From assembly GCA_013265495.1 (NCBI GenBank), contig MU058221.1, forward strand, positions 3,348,001 through 3,412,000: a stretch of DNA of 64,000 bases, written 5' to 3'. A program made the position numbers and the translations under genes. The stretch is from Vicugna vicugna. Taxonomy: Eukaryota. The notes beneath the pieces are model-generated. The model searched no databases. It had not been told where the DNA came from and was given only the letters and a program-made list of their open reading frames with translations. Positions 9,742 to 24,388 of this stretch are shown here, in pieces (the first letter of the stretch is position 1; every line of letters starts with the position of its first letter).

Positions 9742-12342
9742 AGGAGAAGATAACATAGGATTAACGAGTGTCTCGTTCTTCACCCCTGGGATCGCAGGTA
9801 TCGCTTGGTGAGCACCCACTGAACACCTTGGCCTCCCGTTCCAAGCTGCCTCTTGTCACTGCTTCTCCTTCCGCGGCCACTGCTCACAGCACCACACAGG
9901 ACTGCCCTGCTCTAAAACCACGCTGGGCTGTGGCCACACGGGGTCCCCTCTCTGGCAAGATGCTTCGTGCTGCGTTCTGCATCTTCTCATTAGTGAAACT
10001 GGGGAACTGCTCATAACCCTGACATCGCTGCCTTTGCTACAACCCTGATCATTGTTCCAAAGCGGCACTGCTAATTCTTCCTACTGGACTGCTTTTCAGG
10101 GACATCTCCGAACAAAGACATGTGAGTCCTGAGATAATGAAATGTTCTGGCATCACATACACAAAATCCTCCCTCTGGGAAATGCAGACACTATCGCTGT
10201 GACTGAAGTTTGAACTTTCAATCATTGCTGGATTTTACTCAAAACTACTTCTCACCTCCAATGATTGGGCTTTGTTTCATATATAAACCAGATAAAAAAC
10301 ACAGCTGCTCTGGATGAAGTGGAACTGGAAAAACCGAACGATTTCTCGATCTTGATTTTCACAGTAGCGCCCGAAGCACGCATACAACACAATGCAGGCT
10401 GTGTGCACACTGGTCTGTAACACTGACTGTGTTTTTAAAATGCAGTGTATCTCTCTGCACGATTAAATGCCATTCCCCTAATTAAGGGCATGATCCTTAC
10501 AACTGTCTCATGACACAGAGCTCTACACACATCAAGACACAACAGGTTTCTGATTATTTGATTTAAATATACAATTAGTATTAGTGGCTTCCTGCTTAAA
10601 GTCCCAAGAAACATACAAAACTGAAAATAAGTAACAAAAAAATGCCCAGATTTTTCATAATTCAGCATATTTTTAAAATGTAAACATTTGGTTAAACAAT
10701 GTAAAATATTTTTACTTTGTCCTAATTAATTTTACAGATACACTTACATTAAGGCCACTTTAAAATTAGATTCTGCTCTTTCCAGAGTAGCATGTTAGAA
10801 CCAATTCTCCTTTCACAGCTGAATCAGAGACCAGAAATGAATAACCTGTAGCCCATGGCCAGGCACCCACAGAAAAATGAATAGTTCTGCCATCTGTCCT
10901 CCCAACGGGGCTCTCATGAACAGCACCAGACGGTCAGGTTCAAACCGTGCTTGAAGAGGGACAACACAGCACAACACAGGAGAACATACTGGAGGCATGG
11001 GCATGGGGGGGGGGAGGACAAAAGCAGACAAAGCAACTTTTCCCTTAAATTCTCAAGAGCGAAGTAAGCCCATGTATTCTCCACGCTCTGAGGACAGGGC
11101 CAAGGTATTTCAAGAAGAAAGCAAATCCTAGCCTGCAATTCGGGGGACATGGGTCTGCTACTAATCGTCCACGCAAGACGAGAAACGGTCAATCTCCAGT
11201 CTTCCACTTATTTACTGTTAAATAGATAAATATAAATGTATGCAGGTGAGTGAGAGAGTGTGTGTGTGAAGGCTATCCCAGAGTCTCTTGCAAGTATACT
11301 GTTCTGTGATGACAGATAAAACCTGCCTTTCCTGACAGATCTCCCGTGAGCATTTCTGCCAGCCCAAGTTGTGTTCTCCGTCCCTGGTTTGTTACGTATC
11401 ATTGGGTCTGCCTTGTTGTGCTGATGTCTCATTAAAAGGTGGTGCTGCTTAATGGAACAGAAAAACTGCATTTATACATTATTCTAATCTAGCATAGATG
11501 GGCAGTCAGCATCTCTCCTGGTATAATTATTCAATTGAATGTGATATTGCAAAATCATTAGTCGAATAAAACAATCAGGCGAACGAGCCGTTTCACTGTG
11601 AGTCCAGGGAGATTTAAATGTGGCTCGGCCCTGGCAGGCAGGACTGCTCACTGGAAGGATCTTTCAGGGACCTTACATGTTCTGTGAAGAAGCCCTGAGG
11701 TGAGAAGCGTAGTTTAATGGCAGAGAACAACCACATATCATAGAGCCATTTATTCTGCACGTCTTTGTTGCTGGATATGGAGGGAAAAACGCACTTGTGT
11801 GGAGCAGGGGACGCTCAGAGGCAGGCTGTCATCCTCAGGTCTTCAAGTCAGCTTCACTGTGGCTATCGCACTCTATCTGGCCACATTCACCAAAGGACTG
11901 AGGGGGCATCCTCTGCCAAAGGGTTGCAAACATCACACGAAAATGCTGAGTTTTGAAAGAACCCTCAGATTCCTGGCATTCACGTTGGTGGGTCCTCTCT
12001 TGAAAGTCTGTGATTCAGTGAGCTCACTATTTCTGACTGTGTTCGAGAGACAGCTGGATACACGTGTGGTCCAGGATAGTGCGGCTTCTTTATTAAGTAT
12101 AAGCTCCAGAGAGTCTTGCCAGTTTGTGAGGTTTCATTCTATGGAGTAAGATATTTTTAGCAGATTTGTAATCATACAGATGTTTCCCGCTGCTGTTTAG
12201 TTTGGATTATCTGGAATTCGCATCAGCAAATGCATAGAAGAAAATAGTAATTAATACTAATTGGGCTACAGAAAGAATACACTTGAATTTTTTATAATCT
12301 GGTATTAATCTTCTTTGTTAGTGAAATTTAGCCATACATGTG

Positions 12343-12367
12343 CACACACACACACACACACACACAA
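12343..12367. repeat. (CA)n microsatellite
   Basis: Direct reading. Confidence 0.9.
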
Positions 12368-13539
12368 ATATACACATACATAATTGTGGCAATATCAAAT
12401 GCAAAAGAGTTTTAAGTCCATATTTATCATAAGATTTTAGACTTGAAATTATCTTGGAAATTCATTCTGTATCTTTCCTTAAGGGGAGTCGTTTAATGTA
12501 GTAGAGTTTAGCAATGACACGTTATTTTCTTTATAAATATCTTCATCTCTTCTTTATACCATTGTTAATGTTATTTTGTTTGCTTAAAAATAATACGCAC
12601 AGGTAAAATCCATTTTTATCATTTTCATTTCATGATAAAAAAGGGAGTTTCCCATACACCTGAAGCGAAATGAGAGTGCTGGGTCTTGGCGGATTAATAA
12701 CCAGAGGTCTAACCCAAACTTGGCACCTTATCGCGGGGAAACCGAAACTCCGAGAAACAAACGACTTGCCCACTATCAGAGCAAAATTAAGGAACTGGCC
12801 TCAACTAGGAGGCGGGCTTCCTGACTCCCAGCTCAGCACGTCTGCTGCTCAGCGAGGCGCTTTCGGCCTAACACTTGGGGAAAATGAGGCATTAAGTCTG
12901 AGAGATTGCCCCCGCGTTCTGTCGGAGAGAGGAATAAAAAAATGTGCACGTAGTAACACGTATTTTCCATGCTGTTAGCAGGAAAGTCAAAGTGACTGGA
13001 TGATTTTAGTTCAAATCTTCCCAGGATCCACTTTTTCTACCTATTTTTACCCATTCTTTATTTTAACCCCAATCTCGAAAACCTGATCTACGAACATACG
13101 CAAAAGGGGACTGAATGGAATAATGGAATCCATGTAAAGCTTCCCGGCCTGTGCTGTGTTTAAACCACGTTAACCACCGCACATAGTCAATTAGCAGGCT
13201 GCTTTTGGTGACTGCCTGAAACAAAACTCACTCACCCTTTGAGAATTTTTTAAGCTGTGGTATACAACTGAGGGAAGGTTTTAGCACCATTCAGAATGGC
13301 CTCAAAACATTGTAAGTGCGTATCCATTTTTCTTTCTTTTTCTTGTTTAAAAACCATTTCTGCACTCAGTTTAAAATGGTACAGTGTTACCTCTACTGAA
13401 AACGTCATATTTATGTTCTGAGATCTACATCTGATTTATTATTTTTCCAATAATAGCTAAATAACTTAGGGCCATAAATGACTAGTCTATCCTTTTCCTA
13501 GTTTTTTTTTTTTTTTTATGCTGTCTGTATGAAACATCA

Positions 13540-16070
13540 AATATCCACAATTCCTGGGCTTCTATTTTGCGGGACTATGAGTGTCTCACTTTATCAAAAT
13601 ACTGTTGCTTTAATTACTATACATACTTAATATTTAAATATACCATCAGACCACGCCTCCTGTTAATGAGCTGGCGATCTTCCATAAAAATTTTAAAATC
13701 ACACTGCCATTTTTTTTGAATTTCAATTGATAATGTGATTTGATGACTCTGATTTATAGCTTAATTGGAAACACGTGACCTGTTAATGAGATTGACTTTT
13801 CTTTCCCATTAGACATCGATGGAGAAATAGCATACAGTTTCCCTGTTATAAGCTCTAATAATAGTTTAACAGATTCTCCATGAAGTTCTTACTTTTAAAA
13901 ATAGACTTACTTTCCTGATTTGTGTAATATTTATGGATATTTTGAATGTGATATTTTATCTTATATTCTTGAATTGTTTTCACGTGATAGTAAGTTTGTA
14001 CTTCCGTAGGATTAGTACTCGGGAGTCCAACTGCAGGGCTGTATGACAGTTTCATGGTTATTTTTTTTTTAATAAACTACTTATTTTCCATGGGGATTGC
14101 ACCATTTTATATTCTCACTACAATGTGTGTGTGATCCGGGTTTTGCACATCCTTGACAGGGTTTGATGGTGTCACCTTCAGAACAAAATAACCATTCTCA
14201 TATGTACGTTATGTTACTTTACTGTCATTTTAACTCACATTCCCCTAGCGACTAAAGATATTAAAAACCGTTTCATACGCTTGTTTGCCATTCGTGTATC
14301 ATCTTCACATTGACGTATGTGAAGTGAAACATCGCTTCACGTCGTTAACCCATCATCAGAGTCTTTGATCCTCTTACTATTGACTTTTGAGCATTGTCTC
14401 AGTCCAGGCTATTACAACAAAAAAAATCACAGACTGAGTGGCTTACACAACACATATTTCCTATAGTTTTGGAAGCTAGAAGGCCCACGATGAAGGTCCT
14501 GGCCAGTCGAACTCCTGATAAAGACTCTTTTTAAGGGAAAAAGGAGAGAGAGAGAGAATAAGCGACAGAGTATGCTCTGGTCTCTCTTCCTCTTCTTATG
14601 AGGATGTTAATCTCATCATGGGGGTCCCACCTCAGGACCTCATCAAAGCCTCATTACCTCTCAAAGGCCTCACCTCCAACTATGACCACATTGATGTTTA
14701 GGGGTTCAGCATATAAATTCCGGGAAGACGCAAATACTCAGTCCATAGCAAGTGTTTTCTGCATGTTCTCGATCGTAGTCCTTTGTCAGGCACGTGGTTG
14801 GAAACTATTTCCCCCCAGTTGTGTAGCCTGTCTTTCAATCCTCACAACAGAGCAAAAGTTTTTTTTTTTAATTTTATGAAGTTTTATTTGCCCAATTTTC
14901 CTTTTATGTGTAATACTTTTGGTATCAAGTCTAAGAATCTTTGCCTCGACTTGGCTCCTGAAGGTTTTCATCTATTTTTTCTATAAGTTGTATAGTTTTA
15001 CACATTACATAATGACCATCGTGATCTATTCTGAGTACATTTTGGCATAATCTCTGATGAAAGTTTATTTTTGGCCTATAGATTTCCAATCTCCCCAAAC
15101 CATTTACTGAAAAGGCGAGGTTTCTCCCACTGACTTGCTTTTTCAGCTTTGTCAAGGTCAGTTGGGTGTATTTCTGTGGATCTGTTTCCAGTGTATCTAT
15201 TCTGTCTCATTGCTTTACATGTTAACCCATTGTTAACACCATGCAGTTTTGATTATAGTGACTCTGAAAAATCTTGAGATCAGGTAAACTGATTTTTCCT
15301 ACTCTGTTTTTCAACACTGGTTAAGTCATTCTAATTCCTTTGCCTTTCCATATAATCTTTAAGATCATCTTGTCTATGCCTACAAAAATATCTTCCAGGA
15401 ATTTTATAGGATTTGCATGAAACCTGCATCAATTTGTGGATAATTGTCATATTCACTTTGTTGAGTTTTCTAATCTATGAACACCATATGCCTCTCCATT
15501 TATTTAGATTTTCTTCAATTTATCCAACCATTACTTTGTATTTTTTCACAACAGAAGTCATATATATGTTTTGCTAGACTAACGCCTAAGTATCTCATTC
15601 TCTTTAAGCACCTGTAAATTGGTTTGCATTTTCTATTTCACTGTCCACATTATGGTATAAAGAGAAATTCAACTTACTTTTCTATGTTTAGCATGTGTTC
15701 TGCACCGTGGCTAAGCTCACTTTTGAGTTAATTCTAGGAGGATTTTTTTTAAGATTCTTTGAAGGTTTATGTATAATCACATCGTATCGTCTGCAAATAG
15801 AGACGGTTTTATTTCTTCCTTTACTATCTAAGTGAGTTTTATTTCCTTTTCTGGGCTTTACTGTGCTGGCTAGAAGTTCCAGTGTTGATGCTGAATAAGA
15901 GAGATTCAAGTGGACATTGTCACCTTGTTTCTGGTCTTTGTGAGGAAGTATTTATTCCCTTGTCGTTATGTATTTTGTGAGTTATGGGTTTCCTGCAGAT
16001 GTTCGTTATTCAGGAAGTTCCTACTCCCCCCGTTATCCTGAGTTTTTATCATGGATAGATGTTGAATAAC
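13540..16070 (-). mobile_element. Old L1 (L1M-type) ORF2 fragments, interrupted by MLT1A
   Basis: T-rich reverse L1 motifs (accattttatattctcac, tgtttgccattcgtgtatc, ttttggtatcaagtctaagaa, tttgcctttccatataa, tctgcaaatagagac). Confidence 0.85.
14395..14750 (-). mobile_element. MaLR solo LTR (MLT1A/MLT1A0-like)
   Basis: TG...CA ends; tgtctcagtccaggctattacaac...cacagactgagtggctta...ctctcaaaggcctcacctcc...tcagtccatagca; 5-bp flanks AGCAT/AGTGT. Confidence 0.9.
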
Positions 16071-16293
16071 CCTGTTTCGTGGGTGTCCCTATGTCTATGT
16101 TTGGTGAAGCAGAACCTGCTGGTTCTTTCACGTATTTTGTGAAACTCTTCCCGAAGTGAGCAAGTAGTGAATACTATTTGCTTTTAGATTTATTGCAAGA
16201 AAATAACATTATTTAGGCTTTCCTTCACATGTCAAAAGTAGAAGAACATGCCAAAATTACTGAGAGTAAGATAATGTATACGAATAAAGAATA

Positions 16294-16430
16294 GTGGCAG
16301 CTCACAGTGAAAAAACATGTGACAATGAATATATGTATGTTCATGTATAACTGAAAAATTGTGCTCTTCACTGGAATTTGGCACAGCATTGTAAAATGGC
16401 TATAACTCAATAAAAAAAGTTAAAAAAAAC
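16294..16430 (+). mobile_element. Short 5'-truncated lineage-specific L1 3' end
   Basis: gctcacagtgaaaaaacatgtgacaatgaatatatgtatgttcatgtataactgaaaaattgtgctc...ctcaataaaaaa is closely similar to the 3' UTR at 57670-57800. Confidence 0.85.
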
Positions 16431-19400
16431 AACATAAGGAGGTATTCTACCAAGCTGAGTAACATCACTAAGAGCTAAACCCTTTTTTTGTTTTTTTGTG
16501 GTTTTTTGTGTTTTTTGGTTCATTTTGTTCTTGTCTTAGGTAACACTAAAACATATTCTGTGAAAAATTAAAAGCTGAAAATTTAAAAATAAACCCTCAA
16601 AAATAGGCTCCAGGCTAGGCTGAGCGAGGCAAGAGAAAAACCAAGTGGGTCCCATTGTCACAGCAGTTTCCCTTTTGACAATTTTATCAAGATGTTAAGA
16701 AGTTCCCACTTAGTCTGCGTCCACATAATAGAAAACAAAATAGACACTGAACGGACATTTGGTAAAAACAAGGAGGAGCTCACTCACAGGCACGTGTGTG
16801 TTTAGCTGACAGTCTGGCAGGCGGTGAGCAGCCAGGTCTGCGCTGAGCACTTACTGTGTGTGGGACGCGGTGCCGTGCCCTGAGAGCCCTGTATCCACGG
16901 GCCCTGGCTTCCTCCCCCAGGAAGCTTACAGCCTGCATTTACAGATGGCACAGTATTCCAGTGCTGCAAAGCAAAAAGGTGTGTAACAGTCTGAAGTATC
17001 CGTACCAGAAACAACACTCAGAAACAGAGGATGTAGTAAAGGAACAGCCACGTGTGCAATGAAGACACTTGTGAAGACAGAACAAGCATGCAGTCCGTAT
17101 CACCTGTTATGGAAAGACACAAGACTACACGTGCTTAAAGAATGGAGAGATCACCGCTGGCTGAACGACTAAGGGTGACTTTATGAGAGGAAGGACACGC
17201 GGTGGGCCTGGAAGGATGGTTACGATCTGCGTAGGTCAGGCGCGTACGGTGGGAGATGCGTGAACACTGTTCTACGACGTGGAGGATCAGAATCTCAGTG
17301 TGAAAGAAGAGATCAGGACTGTGCGTTTATTTGTAGGAATTACAGAGAGTGTTCCAACAGGGGAACAGAAGAAACGTAGCTGCTTCCAGAGTGGACCTGG
17401 AGGCCACTGCGGTGAGCTAATAATTCTCCAAGATACTTATTTTGCTGGTCCTCAGTTTCTTTACATGCGTAACAAGGGAGTTAAAATACATTATCTATAA
17501 AACATTGTGCTGCCTCCTCATTGTAAAAATCTGGGAACCGTGAGTGCGAAGGTTTAAAAGAACAGGATGGGAAATCTGTCTGTCCTGAAGACACGGCATT
17601 CAAAATCATTTTTCTTCACAAGCTGAAAACAGATACTATAACACGTACTTTTTCCTTTTCATCTTTCCTCTGGGGGGAGAAAAACTAATAACGGTCCTAG
17701 TTAGCAAATCAAATAAAAGACAACGAATAGTTCCTAATGGCTTTTTAAATGACTGCCCACAATTCTAATGAGTAATTATATCATTTGCTGTAATGGCATT
17801 CATTAAATTAATTATGGATTTTGAAGGAAAAATATATACGGCTTCACTGTGAAGGAAAAAAAAGTGAGGTAGGAGTGCTGGGGTAATGATAGAGAATGGT
17901 ACACATTTTGTATAATTACACTTTGACACAATCTGCAAGAATTTGTCTTCACCTTTATTGGCTCTATTTTAGGTTTTGTAGAGCACCATTCTCAACATAT
18001 CTCGTTGAATTTGGTAGAATGTGGTCGTCATAGAAACTGCACTCCCAATGCGTGAGAAAACTAGTCCTTCTTAACTTGAAGGGACTGAACATGAAGACAC
18101 ACAGTTAATTAACCTGCAGTAAAAGGCCACCACCCGTGTGGTCTGAGTCTATGTCTCTGAAGTTTAATTTTTGATAGTTAGCATAATAGAAGTCGCATGT
18201 TGGCAACACGCGGAACTGTGTGAACATCAGACGTGTTCACATGGCATAGCTCACTGTCTAACATTTCAGTGTGCATTTGTCGCTCATCAATCTAATGCTG
18301 CAGATGATCAAATGTGACAACTACTGCTCAGTAAACAGTAAACGAACACAGCCATGATTTACTTTTTTTTTTGGTAGTGTGTTTCCAACAACACAACTAA
18401 ATTCTAGTCGGCAATCCCAGGGAATGCACGTCGAAAACAATCATACCGATCATGAAAGCTGGGCAGCCTGGACACCCTTTAGCTGAAGGCTCAGCCCTGC
18501 AGCATTGTTGGAGTTCAGATCACTCAGACTTCAAACGCTCTCAAACCTGCCCAAAGGGAAATCATTCTCTTAATTACCAAATTCATCTCTTCAGTCATCT
18601 TAAACACAAATGTCACCAAAGTGACAGATCTTGTCAATGAGAGCACAGACAAGAAAAGCTGCAGGAAGCTCTTTATCCGGCAGCTGGACGGACAATCATG
18701 GCTGCTCCCTAGGAGAGGGAACACCTCCTGGGGGCTGGGCTTTGGCTCCAGGTTTAAGTCTCATGGCGAAGTCCCTTCTACATAAAAGTGTTCCGAAGAA
18801 GAACTTGAGTTTCAAACAAGTTTCCACTGTTTTCCTACGGCTGAGCAGGATAAGTAGATTCTTCTTTCTAAGGCTTCTTAAAAATGTATCAAAGGGGGAA
18901 GGAGTATCTTGAGAATTTTAAATGTTTCCTCCAAGGTCGCTGTCATTTTTGCTCTGCTGCCTTCTCTGACACATGACTCTTCTACAAAGCAAATGTCCAA
19001 GAATCACAAGTGAAAGGCAGGGAGAAGGGACCCAAAAACCTTTGTTGGATCTTTTCAAATAATCTGTTGATTTATTTAAATGCTGATTTATTTTTTTCAC
19101 TGGGCTTCCTTGGAGTTAATAATTATAAAAAATACACGTCCAGCAGAGATTCAAATGCTAATCAAGACAAGCTTTCAGGGGCCAGAAATACATGCAGGCG
19201 CAGCAAGATCTTTTCTCACTGAGTTTTTTTTATGAAAAAAAAATGTACTACGATCTAGATGTAAGGAGGTGACTTTGGTAACAGAAGAACCGGACGTCAC
19301 GAAAGGAACACTTTTAAGGCGATATTATTGGTCATGGAGCCTGGAATCAACCAGCCATGTGCCAAGTTCACATCGCATTTTTTCGCCGAAGATCACAGGT

Positions 19401-21110
19401 GAAATATTATCCTCCAGTCAATGGGACCACTGGGCTGGGCTGTCACTGCCTCCAGGCTAGATTCCTGAGATGTTTTTTTAGAGTGACGCCTTCTTTTTCA
19501 TTTTCCCCCATACATTTCGAATCTGTTTTGCCTTTTTTTGCCAAACACATTAAAAAAAAAAATCTGCTCAAGAAAGTAGAGTGACTGCTTTTAAATCAAA
19601 CGGAAATTCCTGTTGTTACCCTGTGTCTGGCCCCATGCTTAAATCCCATTTTCTATCAGGAAGCTGTAGTTTTGCAGAAATCACACGATACTTTTACTTC
19701 CACACTCCGCCTGTGTCCAAGCCGAATGCAAATTTCTTATTACCTCTCCCCTCCCATTCACACAGTTAACATGCACTCATTCAGGCTGGAGCTGCAGTCC
19801 CAGAAATTCCGTGACACCACCTCCCATTACCCAAATGGATAAGATTTCCGATGCTGAAGTTCTACAGTATTTACAGATTATCACAATTTAACACTGAAAA
19901 ATTCCACGTGCACTTGTAACGCAGACCAACCACAGTGGAACCTCCAATTTCCTTCCGGCTCTAGGATTAATTGTGTTTGTTTGTTAACATTCTCAGCAGG
20001 TGAGAAAAAAATAGCTTAGAACTGGAATAAATCATTTAAAAAATCTTTAAAATGCTGATCCTCAAGCTTTTGCTACACAGCAGGTTTCGACTCACGTGGC
20101 TTTGGCGTTACTGAACGTTCTGGAAATCGCAGAACAGGCCAGACTCTCTCCAGCTCTTTTCTTTGAAGAGAAAATGAAACACACCTCACAGAATTAGAGG
20201 CCACAGGGAGACACCTTTGGCTGGAGATGACCAATAACCAGCTTTGACGTCTACCCAATCTCTGGAAAATGGTGTTTAACAGGCAATTCTGAAGCCTCAA
20301 GGGGTCAGGAGGAGTGAAAGACTCTGAGAAACCACAAATCAATAGAAGCATTTTTTTCACACATGCTTAGTATCCGCACAGCCATCCTGGGCTAACTGTA
20401 GGCGGCTGGTATTAACATCACCCCTCCCTGTGGGCAAAGGAAATGATGGTTATGGTTTCTTGGCATGTTCTGCTCTTCCAGGGAGAGCTCAAGGCTGGCG
20501 CTGCAAAGGTTTTGTTATGTGTGTTAAGGTGAACATTTTTAACAGAAACACATTGGAGGAGAGCAGAGTTGGTGGGAAGGGAAGCTTAAAACAACAGGAT
20601 ATGTACCTACTGACACATAAGCACATGTGATTATAATTATTAACTCCAAGAAAGTCCAGCTGCTGGTACTCTGAAGAGACATGAGGTCTAAGAGCATCAG
20701 AAGTGACGTGGGGCCACTCACCGCCAAGAGAAACAGGATGACATGTCATGTGCAGGGCACACCCGCGGACTGCTGGTTGACGGAACCACCTCCTACCCGT
20801 CCACAGCTTGGCACTCAGTGCCCTGCAGGTACTGACAGAGCTGCTAACATATGATTTTAATTTCTGCCTCCATCTTGTATGACTCTTCATTTATATTTGC
20901 CTCGTCATCTTTAAAGAACTTCAGCTCTTACATCATAATGACTTTTTGGTCTTGGTTCTCACACATTCCTTGGGAGATGTTTTTTTCCCCTAGCCCAAAC
21001 CAGAATTCACCTCTGCCCTATCCATTTCTCCAGGGAATGATGAAAAAGAGGATCAAAACCTAAGACACTAAAAGTGTAAATGATGGTAAGAATAATGTAG
21101 TTGTAATATA

Positions 21111-21784
21111 CAGTGGATTCTCATATTCTGCATTAGCTATATTCTGTAAAGCCATCATGAGCCAGAATTATTGAATATTGAAGCATTACTTCCAGGTAAA
21201 ATACAGGGTTAGGTCTGTCTGAGCTTCTGGTCACAACATGTTCATTGACTACTCAGTATATAACCTGTCTCTTGTGTATTCCTGTTTTAAAGACATTTGT
21301 TCAACGTGTATTTTTAATCCATCTGCACTGAACTCACAGCCAACACAACTGCAACCACAGCTAAACGAAGTTTATCCAGGACGTATTTTTTCTGCAAGGC
21401 GCGTCACGCCTTCCTGTGTTTGGGAACACGAGACAGCACTTCAGCACTACGCCTGGGGGCCACTTTAAACAGCAAAATCAGCAAAATCACCGACAAACAG
21501 CACAACAAAAATGCAAAAAATGTGACACTAAGTAGACAATGAAAAAAACACTTGTTTGCATTATGGGATGCAAAGTAAGACGGCAGAGCATTGCCTTGTT
21601 TTCTTTTTTTTAATCTCAGCTGGGATCATGTGTACTTGGGTAACTCACATTTTTTTTTCCTACTCTGCACATTTCTAACGAAGATCACAAAAGTGCCGTG
21701 GGTATCAATTTTGTGATTACAAATAACTTTTACTGAATAGGTGAAATCACAAATACGGAATCCGTGAGTAACGAGGGTGAACTG
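21111..21784 (+). mobile_element. MER82 (TcMar-Tigger DNA transposon), near full length
   Basis: Terminal inverted repeats CAGTGGATTCTC / GAGGGTGAACTG with TA on both sides. Internal motifs aaatacagggttaggt, ggtcacaacat and cagcacttcagcactacgc match MER82. Confidence 0.9.
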
Positions 21785-24388
21785 TATACAGAAGAGTCTG
21801 GAAGACAAATCACATTGAGTGTCTCAGGAGGAGTTCTTTTGGGCATTTTACAAAACTGAGACAAGTTCCCCAGTAAGAGAAGAGAATAAAAGAGAAAAAT
21901 GTTGGGCTCAGTTGTCAGAGCAGAGCTAATGGATGTACCAAAAAGTGTAGGAAAGTCACTTGGAGAAAAAAAGACTGAAGTCTGGGACAGAAGAGCAAGT
22001 TCTGCAAAGAAATGGACATACTGAGCAGTCAAGCATCTTATTTTCTTAGAGAAGGAGCGTGATATTTGGACTGTAAGGCCAGCCTGTATGTATCAATAGT
22101 GACCAGAACTGACAAGAAAACCAAGTCATATATGTTTACTGGGTTTTTTTTCATTATTTTTTGCATCCGCCATCTTCACATTTCTCCTACTGCTGTCAAC
22201 TGAATCCATGAATGTTCCCCGTTTTTGATATTCTTACCACGTAATTTCTGAATATGACAGAAAACTTTAAAGCATTTCAGCCGTTCTCAGTCCATTCCAG
22301 CCAAACATGATGGAGCTTAACCTTCAATATGGCCATATTAGTGATCCTGATGCTGAAACCACAGGTTCCATTAAATTCGCTGATTTCATCCTTCTGATAG
22401 GAGGCTACTTACGCCCGAACTCCAGACCCCTGGTCTCACGACTTGGGTCTCTGGTTAGCCCCTGGACTCTGAGACCTTTTCTGCTAAACTGCTTGGTGTC
22501 TCATCCTCCTGGCCATAGTGTCAACGGCTGGTGTCACGTTACCCACTGTTAGAACTTGTGGCAGGCACTCCCTTCCTGTCTCTACATGCCATGTTGCCGG
22601 CCCCTAGATTCCTCACTGTCATGTGCTGCTCACCTTTAGGGAGTCTTCTTTACTTTATCTAGGACCCCAGTTCTTAGTATTACATATTCTGACTGAAAAT
22701 TGCTATAACCTTCCAACACTCAAGTTAGGCTGCCAAGCTAACCTGCGTGTTCGCCCCAAACAGCCTTCACAAACCTCTGTCTCCTGAACTGAGTGATACC
22801 ATCAATACCATCCTTTTGCGTCAACAAAACACTCTAAGATATAAAATAAATAATTCCATACAATGTGTTTAGAACTTTAAAATTATACAGTGTAATTCCA
22901 AATAGTAAAAAGTCTCCCATTCATGCTGATTTTGGCATCTTTGGGATCAGTAATGATGGTACAGAACATGTGAGTTCGGTGAGGGTTGGTTGAAACTTCG
23001 CAGATGTTAACAAAATTCTCTCTCCCAGGCCTTCCTATAATCACCTTTTATGGGAATGATTTTCATACTTGCCTATACCACCTTTCTTTCATTTTAATTT
23101 TCTGATACTATGTGATCTAAGATTCTTATTAATCTCTGACTGTCTGATCACTTTTGCCTTTCACAGGCCTGCATGCTGACTGAGCCATGTTTCATAATCC
23201 CGCCAGTGAGCTGAATATGGACACGCACCTTTGCTTCCCGTTGCCTATTTTACTATTTATTGCGTCTCTCGCAGTCACTTTCTGTTACACTCATCCACTT
23301 CCAGCAGCACTGTCCTACATGTGTGCATTCAGCCTTCCATCAGCATTTTGCTGGCAGCATCCTGTCCCCACTGATCCTTGGAAACGATGAATTCCTAACG
23401 AAGACTCTGTTTTTGCTAATTCGCACTCTTTTCTGTCAGATCAAATATCCTGTTCGTGAAACCAACAGTGCATCAGCTCCTCTACGCCTTGACTGCAGAA
23501 CTTTATTTATTAGCACTTCGTTCTTGATCTCGCACCCTCTGCCCAAGTTCTGCTACTCTGGGAGTCTTGATAATCACACAGAAAGTGCACATCCTTGCCT
23601 AGGGCATTCCATAGGCAGTGGGTACTTTGCTATTGAGGAAAAAAATTTCCAGATCATTTACTAAAAAATATTGCCGTTGTAACCTCATACCATCCTCAAC
23701 TTCAGACTCCCTCTAATATTAATTCTTCCTTTCTCCTGGTCCTGCCCAATTAAAAAGGCCTGATGAAGAGCAAAAAGTACTCCTTGAGACCTGATTCTGT
23801 TTTTTTCAGTCAACCTCTCTGGGTCCCGACAAAATTAGAAGAGTTTCATTAGCTCATTCTAAGATGGGTAGATCATGACTCTGGAGCATTCATTTCCAAC
23901 TTTAAAACATCTGAGAACAGAGGTGCTGCTAAGGTTATCCAGCGGATAACCAGAGCCAAAACCAAACAGAAGCAAGTAGACACTGAGATCTTTTAATGCA
24001 TCTGATACTCCATCAAAACTTACTGTATGTTTTAACAGCCTCACAAAACTGCTACATACTAGATACACCATCTGTTTTTACACAGTGTAAAGTTTGTTCT
24101 CAAAGAAGTTAAGCAGTATAATGGTCAGGCAGATAAGCCATACTTTGAATCCAAACCTTGTGCTTTTTCAGATTCTCCATGCTTCTGTTCCTGTATTTAG
24201 TCCCTAAGTGACAAAACTGAAGAATTATACATTGCTGATGATCAGTCTTAAGTTATTGCTCAAAAAGCCACTCAATACAATACTTCTGGAATGGTTGTAT
24301 TCATACAGCCACTTCAAATAAATTCCAAAACACTCAAATGTCTAATTTAGCAAAGCTACCATGATACAATTAAAATAACTTTTTGTCA

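Noticed and set aside
18220..18242. TGTGAACA-n7-TGTTCACA as a steroid-receptor element
   Set aside because: The spacer is 7 nt rather than 3; a short inverted repeat expected by chance.
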